Positions 56,430 through 64,000 of a DNA stretch of 64,000 nt are shown piece by piece. The stretch is taken from the NCBI RefSeq assembly GCF_009914755.1, contig NC_060929.1. One strand, 5' to 3'. A model generated the notes under the pieces. The model ran no database searches, had not been told where the DNA came from, and saw only the letters and a program-made list of their open reading frames with translations. This DNA comes from the human T2T-CHM13v2.0 reference genome, Homo sapiens. Position 1 is the first letter of the stretch. Each line of letters opens with the position of its first letter. The position numbers and the translations under genes are program-made.

Positions 56430-58500
56430 ACTCACATATTCATCCATTCCCTCTGTGCCAGGTGCTGTGCTAGGAGATGCAACAGTGGACAAGGCAACCA
56501 AGATCCTTGGAGCTTGTATTTCAGTTGAGGGAGACAGACTATGTATCAATAAACAAACTATATAATTTCAGGTAGTGGTAGATACTATAAAGAAAGGAGA
56601 ACAGAGTAATGTGCTAGACTGGTTACCTTCATATGGTGAGTGGACAGGGAAGTTCTCTTGGTGGTAGTGACATTCAGACTGAGACCCTGAAGAACTGAGA
56701 AGAAAGACAAATAGCCAATGAATGTATGAAGTGATGGTTGTTACCTTTAGTAATCATGGAAATGCAAATTAAGTCCACATTGAGATATTCTTTTATATGC
56801 ATTTGGTTGGCCCCAAATTAAAAAGTTTGGCAATATCAAGTGGTTGAAGAAGATGTGGGTCCAAAGGATGTTCAAACATTGCTGATGGGAGTATGAATCA
56901 TACAATGACTTTGGAAAACAGTTTGATGTTATATCCTAATTTGAACATTTGAACATGTGTGAACCAACAGTTCAACTTGCTTTTAGGTTTATACCTGTGA
57001 GAAACTTTTTACATGTTCAACAGAAGACATGCATGTGAATATGCTTAACAGCCTGGTTTCAATAATGAAAACCTGGAGGGACCACCAAGGCCTGGCACCT
57101 TGAGCTAGTGATGAATACAAGCTCAATAATAGCATAATATTAAAAACTACTAAAATAAAAACCCAACTAGGTAGGGGTGTGTGTGTGTGTGTATGTGTGT
57201 ATGTCTGCAATAACGTTATATAAATGGGAAAGCAAGAGAATGATGAATATGAAATTTGTGATTTTGTGATTATGGTTACCTCAGATGGAGGAGAAACAGA
57301 GGCACCATATGGTTAGTTAGAGGCAAGTCAGTGACTGTGTTTTGGCAGGTCACAATTGAGTTTTGGCTGGTAAGGCCAGGTATGCTTGTTACATTATTAA
57401 AAATAACGAGTAAATAACAAAGTATGACAGGGCATGCTTGGGCTAATGATGAAAGTGTATGGTGGACCACGTATTAAGATGAACTCAGTTCTATGTACTG
57501 TGGTCCTAAGTGGAAACAGGAAAGAAAGGAATGCAGACACTTTTGTCAGGGGGAGGGCTCTACCAGGAGAAAGAAGTTTGATGTTTTTAAGGAAGAGAAA
57601 AGCAGCCTAGAGTGACGCAGTGGGTCAGCAGATTAGAGAGGTGGACTGGGACCAGATCCTGCAGGGCTTTGCAGGTCAAGGTAAAGGGTGGAAAAGTTTT
57701 AAGCAGTGAAGAGATGTGATTGGGTTTAAGATTTTAAAAGACCATTGTGGAGCTGCGTGGAGACTGGACTATCGGAGGGGCATTTGGGAGGCCTCTGCAA
57801 TGGTAGAGGAGAGAAGCTGATGGCAGGACGTGACTGTGTTTCTGCAGGTTACTTACTGCGCAGGAGACCAGCTCGGGGGGTCAAGTTGCTGAAATTCAGC
57901 CCATGTTCCTCTTGCCAGGAAATGTCCCAGTGCCAGGCTGTGAAAGCCTGGAGGAAGGGCATATTTTTCAAATTGCACAGAGAGCTCTGCAGGCCAGCAA
58001 TAGCCTGTTGGTGCATCTGGGTGGTGGGCATAGACTTGAGGAGAAGTGGATAGATTCAGGACACAATTGAGGGCAGAATGGACAAGGTTTGGGTGATGGA
58101 TTAGATATAAGGGTTATTAAGGGAAAGAGAGGAAACAAAAGAAATTCCTGGATTTTTATTTAACTGCAAGGATAGTGGTGCTGTGTACAAAGAAGAGAAA
58201 GAGCAGGGAAGATTCACGTTCAAAGAAATCATATTTTGGACATATCATATTATTTTTAAAATGCTATCATACAGCCAAGTACAAATGTCAGATAGTGAGA
58301 CATGAGTATGAAGCTTGAGGGAGATTTTAGGGCAAGAGTCATAAATGTGGGAAGTATGAGCATATAGGTGATATAGTTCAAGTTCTCTACTTAGTTGTCA
58401 TTGTCAGATTGTGAATTCCTTTGGGGCAGAGAAATTATGTGTTTTTTCCCCTAGCAAAGTATAAGGAATAATAGGTTATCAGTAAATATTTGTTGAATAG
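56430..58500 (-). mobile_element. L2 remnants interrupted by an L1ME 3' fragment (about 56720-57420, + strand)
   Basis: tgtgccaggtgctgtgctagg; ggaccagatcctgcagggctttgcaggtc; ttttggacatat. Confidence 0.65.
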
Positions 58501-59519
58501 ATGACAGAAGGATGCATAAACAAAGGGAAGGTGGGTAACTAGCCCAGGTTTCTGATGCTGCTGGTGTCTGAAGGCTGAGGCTGTGTTGTTTTCAATCCCT
58601 CTTTGGGCTGAGGCAAGTCTAATGGTAGTGCGAGCCCTTTACGAGACCCCAGAGCTACTCTGAGAAGCCAGAAATGGCAGGGACTAGACAGTGAAGACAC
58701 AGGATGGCCAGGAGAGCCCCTGAAGGTCAAACAAGGAAGAGGAAAGAGTGTTGAGCCAGAAACAGGGTCACAACTAAGAATATGGCTGACCTCATGGGTG
58801 ATGGGAGACAGTGAAATCATTGAGAGAAGATAGGACTGAAGTGGGTGAATGAAAGGATCAGGCTGTTGGTACAAGTGGAGCCATGAGATTTGGTTTAAAG
58901 GCCAGTGTATTGCAGACATTTTTGACAGTCACCAGGTAATTAGCTCGGCACTGGCCGAAACAGTCCCTAACAGCCCTAGCCCCACAGTACCTCAGGCTGT
59001 GTGTTGTCCCTTGTGAAATCTCATTTAGAAAATGGTTGCTAAGGCATTCCCATACCAGATATCACATCCCATCATGCTGCTATGAGTATGCAGCACTTAG
59101 CCTGCATGTGGGTTTCCAATACCTCTGCAATGCCCTCTTGGTACTGGGATTGGGCAGCTGGCCCTGCCCTGCTACATTTGGGCTTGGCATGGTTCTCCCA
59201 TGCCACCACATCCCATGCCCTTGGGGACATTTATTTTGTCAGCCTCCACCCTCTCGTTGCAGTTCACATCTCTTTACTTATCTCTGTTCTTTCCTCAAAT
59301 GGATCCCTTATGTCCCTTATTTACTGGTGTACCTTAGTGCCTGGCACAGTGCCTGACATACGGTGTGTGAGCAGCAATTGTGAAAGGGTGCAAGGAAGGA
59401 AGGAAGGGAGTGAGGGAAAATGAAGAATTTTTTTTGCTTGGCTTTGAGGTGATCAAGATGAGACCATCCCATTCTCACTAATGATAAAGTCACAAGGACC
59501 TCCCTTTCCTCAGACAGCT

Positions 59520-59770
59520 GAGCATGGCATTGCTTAACAATGTAGGCTTTGGGATATAATAGACCTGCAGTTCCATTCTGGCTCTACCATATGTGGCTTG
59601 GTTAGGTCACAATCTCTTAGAGACTATTTATTTATCTGTAAAATGTGGATAATAACAAAACCTACTGTATAGTGTAGTTGTGAGTTTTAAATAAGATAAG
59701 GATGTGAAGTTTCTAGTGTAGTGCCTGGCATGTAAGAAGGGCACAGTGGAAATTCAGCTATTATTATTTT
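59520..59770 (+). mobile_element. MIR SINE
   Basis: agcatggcattgcttaac...atctgtaaaatgtggataataac...gtagtgcctggcatg. Confidence 0.8.
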
Positions 59771-62348
59771 CCAAGCCATTTAATTGTCAATGCTGTCTTT
59801 GTTGACCAACTTCAAGTAATGCTTCTAATTCTGAGAATTCAGCCTCCTTACTCAGTAGGGCCAGTGCTCTGGCAGTGGAGTAGTAGCCATTTTAGGCAGA
59901 TGGGGAACTATTCCTGGGCACTTGGGCATTTGCTGTTCCATTTCTCACATTATGCTACATAGTATTCCATTGCACATAATTCATGGGCAGCTGGGAGTCT
60001 GAATAATAGTGAGGATTCAGAATTTATTCATTCAACATTCCATAAACAGTGATTGAATGTCTTACTATGCAAATGGGGATGCAGTGATGACTAAGACACA
60101 GTCTCTGCTTTCAAGGAAATCACAGTCTAGTTATTGGCCAGGGGGACAGACAAATAAACAGACAATTGCAAATACACATTCATGGGATCACTCCTAGTAC
60201 CCCAACTCCAAGACGCTACCTCCCCACCCCCACTACTGCTGAGAAGAATGGTGTGAATATAGTAATATGATGGTCCCTTGTATTTGCACATATATTTACA
60301 GTTTACAAATAATGTTTACTTTTAATTATTTCATTTGATTTTCACAACTTTATGAGATAGGTAGAGATACTACACCCATTTTATAAATGAAATCTAAGAC
60401 TCCATTGAGCAGATGCCTCTATAACGAAGGCAAAAGTGTCTCATGCAGGACACTGCCATGATTTGTCCTTCCAGCCCTTTTGTACACTGTTCCCATTCAG
60501 GGATCTAGTTTGCCACCTTTGTGGGCATGGGGTTTGATTCTGTGAGTTCATTGCTTGGGTTTGATGGCCAAGTTTAGCTTCCCTGTTGGGACCTTTGTTT
60601 TCTGTAGATACATGGACAACTCTTGCATTCAGGTGGGTTTGTGCAACCATTCTGATCTCTGGGACTCAATTTTAGCACTGGCCTGGAGGCAAAGCCCAGG
60701 TGAGGACCATGATGGTTTCCCTGGGAAGAGGGATTGGTGATAGACATTAGGTTGATTGTCTATGCTTGTGCAACTGGGAAGTGGAGGATCTGGTAGAAGA
60801 ACCTTCAGATAGCACAGTTTTACGAAGCTTGTCCAGTCAACTGGATGTTTTTCTTGACTAGAGAAAAAATACAGGAATCACTTTATCCTCCTTAAAAACT
60901 GAATGACTTATTTACATTTCCCCAAAGATGACCAACTGTAATTGGTCATTTATCAAATATTTAGACATCTTCTCATACAGAATACATCATTGATTAAAAT
61001 TTGCTTATGGTTATTTATTTAAGATATATGGGTTCTTTTTTTTTTTTTATAAAATTTAGTCAAGGAAAGTAAACTTCACAGACTTGTCACGTAGTTATAA
61101 TGTGGGAAAATGAGTTTGTTGCCCAGAACAACATGTATTTACCTAATCTACTTCTGTGTTTTTATCTTTGTGTAAGATACTATTACAGTAAGTATTTCTG
61201 CTGCCCACAGAATATCTGGGCAGGGCAGCGCAAAGACCTCCTGCCAGACATGCAGTGCAGCAAGAGGATGATTTTGGCTGTAGTGGTTCAGAAGTACTGA
61301 AAGAGCACCCTACCTCCACAGACCTGTTACCACAATAACTTTGATTATATTGTCTTATGTAGGAGAAAAATAGGTTTACTGATCATTTTCTTCGACTTTA
61401 AATATGAGGTTTGTGAAACACATGAGAAATAAGAGCCAAAGTTTATCAAAAGTGAGTTTTGAAGAGGGCCTTTTAATTTTCATTTGCTTCAGTGTACTAG
61501 GGATCAAGTTACATGTTAATTGACTGGTGAAGAAATCCTAGTAAGAAATTTGTCCTATATGCAGGGAGAACAGTCTGAATTAGCAAAAAGTCTCAATTAC
61601 GGTGTGTGTGTTTTAATAAGTATCTTTGTTTTACTTCCAATTCATGCGTTATTATACTTAAAAAGTGTTTTGCATTAGTCTCTTCTTTCATGTATAAGAC
61701 CTCACATGTAGTTATTAACATCCATTGAATATAAACAGGTAAGTCCTTAAAAAAACCCTGTTTTTCTTTTAAGGCAGTTAAAATGTTAGGATACTAATTT
61801 GCTAGACAGAACTCTTCATTGCACTTAGGTAAACTTCATTCCAAGCTAATTCAAAAGAGCATGATTTCCAAATTACTGAAACCTGAATGATTTTTGCTAT
61901 AAATTCCCATTAAAAATCAAGCATCCAGTCAAAGATAAAGCTTGATTTTCTGCTTAACTTTAAGGAAGAGTTTTTTCTTTCCATGTCAGAGAAAAATTTG
62001 CTCACTTGTATTGACAGTTTTAGTGTGTCCTGAAAGAGACAGGCCTTAGCAACTGCAGGCAGCTGTGCTCAGCTCCTCCCTCATTCCACACTCTAGCCCC
62101 TACTGTGGATGTAAAAAAGTTTCATGCAGCCCCTCAGACAAATGACTGACAAAAACTAAGCCCCAGATGATGATTATCATGTATGTGTCTGCAGCTGAGG
62201 CTGCTCTTTGACAGGGCATCTCTGGCCAGTCAGCATTGATTGACTCATCCTGCTATGCTTTTTATATGCCTGTTGCAATACAGAAATATGATTTTGCCAT
62301 ATGTGGGATAGTAGAGACAGAGGAAGATGAAAGCATGGCAGCCCAGAT

Positions 62349-62518
62349 CAGTGCTTCTTAAATTCATGGTTTTCAAAACACAGATTTCTGGGTCCCACTC
62401 CCAGAGATTCTGACTCAGTGTCTAGAGAACCACCCCCCCTCCAAATTTCCATTTCTAACAAAGGCTCCCAGGTGATGCTGATGCTGCAAGTCTGTGGAAC
62501 ATACTTCAGGCAGCACTG
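62349..62518. mobile_element. MER5A MITE
   Basis: TIRs cagtgcttct...ggcagcactg; ccagagattctgactcagt. Confidence 0.8.
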
Positions 62519-62627
62519 GCCTAGATAGCTAATTTTGAGAAGACTCAGGTGAGGATAATGGAACTGCATTTCAGAAATAAAATTCATCAGAACATGACTA
62601 GTCCACCAGAGGGAGATAAGGCAATGC

Positions 62628-62739
62628 TAGGCTGACCAGCTGCACCAGTTTGACCCAGACCATCCTGATTTTAGCACTGAAAGTCTTGTGTCCTAGGAAA
62701 CCACTCAGTCCCAGACAAACTGGAAAGTTGGTCACCCTA
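62628..62739. mobile_element. MER81 (hAT-Blackjack) MITE
   Basis: TIRs taggctgacca...tggtcacccta; ttttagcactgaaagtc core; 112 bp. Confidence 0.88.
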
Positions 62740-62943
62740 AAAGGCATACTAAGCTAGTTTACTATGGCAGCTTTAATGTAATTTAAAGTGATTGGTGTGT
62801 AGTCTAACTTTTAAACTCCTGGTGTGTTTTAAGACAAGCCATTGAGCATACTGTGAAATGACAGGTAACCACATGTAACAGAGGCAATGCCAGCTAGAGC
62901 CTTCAGTTTTTCTAAATCTCTTTTCTCACAACTTATGGTGGAT

Positions 62944-63117
62944 CAGGGATTCCCAGACTTGTCCGCAGATTGGAATCACCTGGAGAGCTTAACGAAATGC
63001 TTGTGTTCTACTCCCAGAGATTGTGAATTAATTGGCTTGGGGAGTGGCCTGGATGCTTATAGTTTTAAAAAGATCCCCAGATGATTCTAACATGTAGACA
63101 CATTTAGGAACCCCCAT
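62944..63117. mobile_element. MER5-type MITE
   Basis: ttggaatcacctggagagctt...cccagatgattctaa. Confidence 0.7.
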
Positions 63118-63119
63118 GG

Positions 63120-63625
63120 TACATAGTCTCCAAAGATGGCAGCTACTAGTGCCTCTCACTTTGTGCAGACACACTGTTCATCTCATCAAGAGGTAGGGTT
63201 TATTTCCCATCCCTTTGGGTCCTGCTGCTTTTGTGACTTGCTTTGAACAATAAAACTCAGTGAAAGTGACATTCTGAGGCTTCTGAGCCCAGGCCTTAAG
63301 AGGATGGTGGTTTTTGTGTCCTCCTGGGAAGCCAGTCTCCATGCTAGAGGGAGAACCATTCAAAGTCCACAGTGCTGTGAGGAAGCTCCAGCTAGCCTTG
63401 TGGGGAGAGCCACCATGTGAGACAGCATTGAGACATCAGATGTGTGAGGGAAGCTCTCTTAGACCTTCTATCCCAGCCCAGTCAGTAGCTAAATCTAACC
63501 CGGCGAGTGACCCCAGCTAATGCTACCAAGAGCAGAACTATGCAGGAAAGGTCTTTCTCCATTATTGACTTAGGTCATTTAGCTTTGGGTAGCATGTTAT
63601 GGAACAATATATCACTGAAACACAA
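63120..63625 (+). mobile_element. MLT1 (G/H-like) MaLR LTR
   Basis: ccaaagatggc...gtgacttgctttgaacaata...ttctgagcccaggccttaagagg. Confidence 0.75.
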
Positions 63626-64000
63626 GTGGATTCCTTGCACTTCCTGGGGTAATATAAAGGGGGCATTTTGAAAGTTCCTGTATAAACAAGGAATGTTTTA
63701 TCATCTTCAGCTCAAAGTGGAAAGCCAAACTAACCCTGTGTTACTGTATATTAGAAGGGAAACATTGTTATTAATTTCATTAATAAAATTATTAGTGATA
63801 GTGAACAAAGATGTGGTAGCTTCAACAGTCTTTCCCTTGTATCATCCAGAGATCAGAGCCCAAGGCACAATGCTTAGGGTGCTGTTAGTTTTTGTGGGGC
63901 TGTTCAACCCCAGAGAATCAGGATGAACAAGACAAGATAAAATTTGATGTGATGTGATACCATGTATTCCCACACTGGCTACTGTTAAATAACAAGCTGG

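Overview
This is primate (human-like) genomic DNA, mostly made of transposable-element fossils. I found no credible host protein-coding gene, RNA gene or CRISPR array. Main contents: a full-length but inactivated L1PA7-type LINE-1 (19.9-26.4 kb) inserted into the gag gene of an ancient ERV-L provirus (gag, RNaseH, integrase, dUTPase and 3' LTR recognisable, 18.9-31.5 kb); a near full-length antisense L1PB-type element that lacks ORF1 (33.5-39.4 kb); eight Alus; MaLR, ERV1 and ERVL LTRs; hAT and Tigger DNA transposon relics; a 56-bp VNTR grown next to an Alu tail; and a CpG-island promoter (54.3-55.45 kb) with a probable non-coding first exon whose gene I cannot name. The best-supported unusual observation is that the L1PA7 target-site duplication brackets about 350 bp of extra foreign sequence, indicating a 3' transduction. 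I found no evidence of a new biological system. Repeat subfamily names come from recalled consensus sequences and need RepeatMasker/Dfam confirmation. Boundaries of old repeats are approximate.
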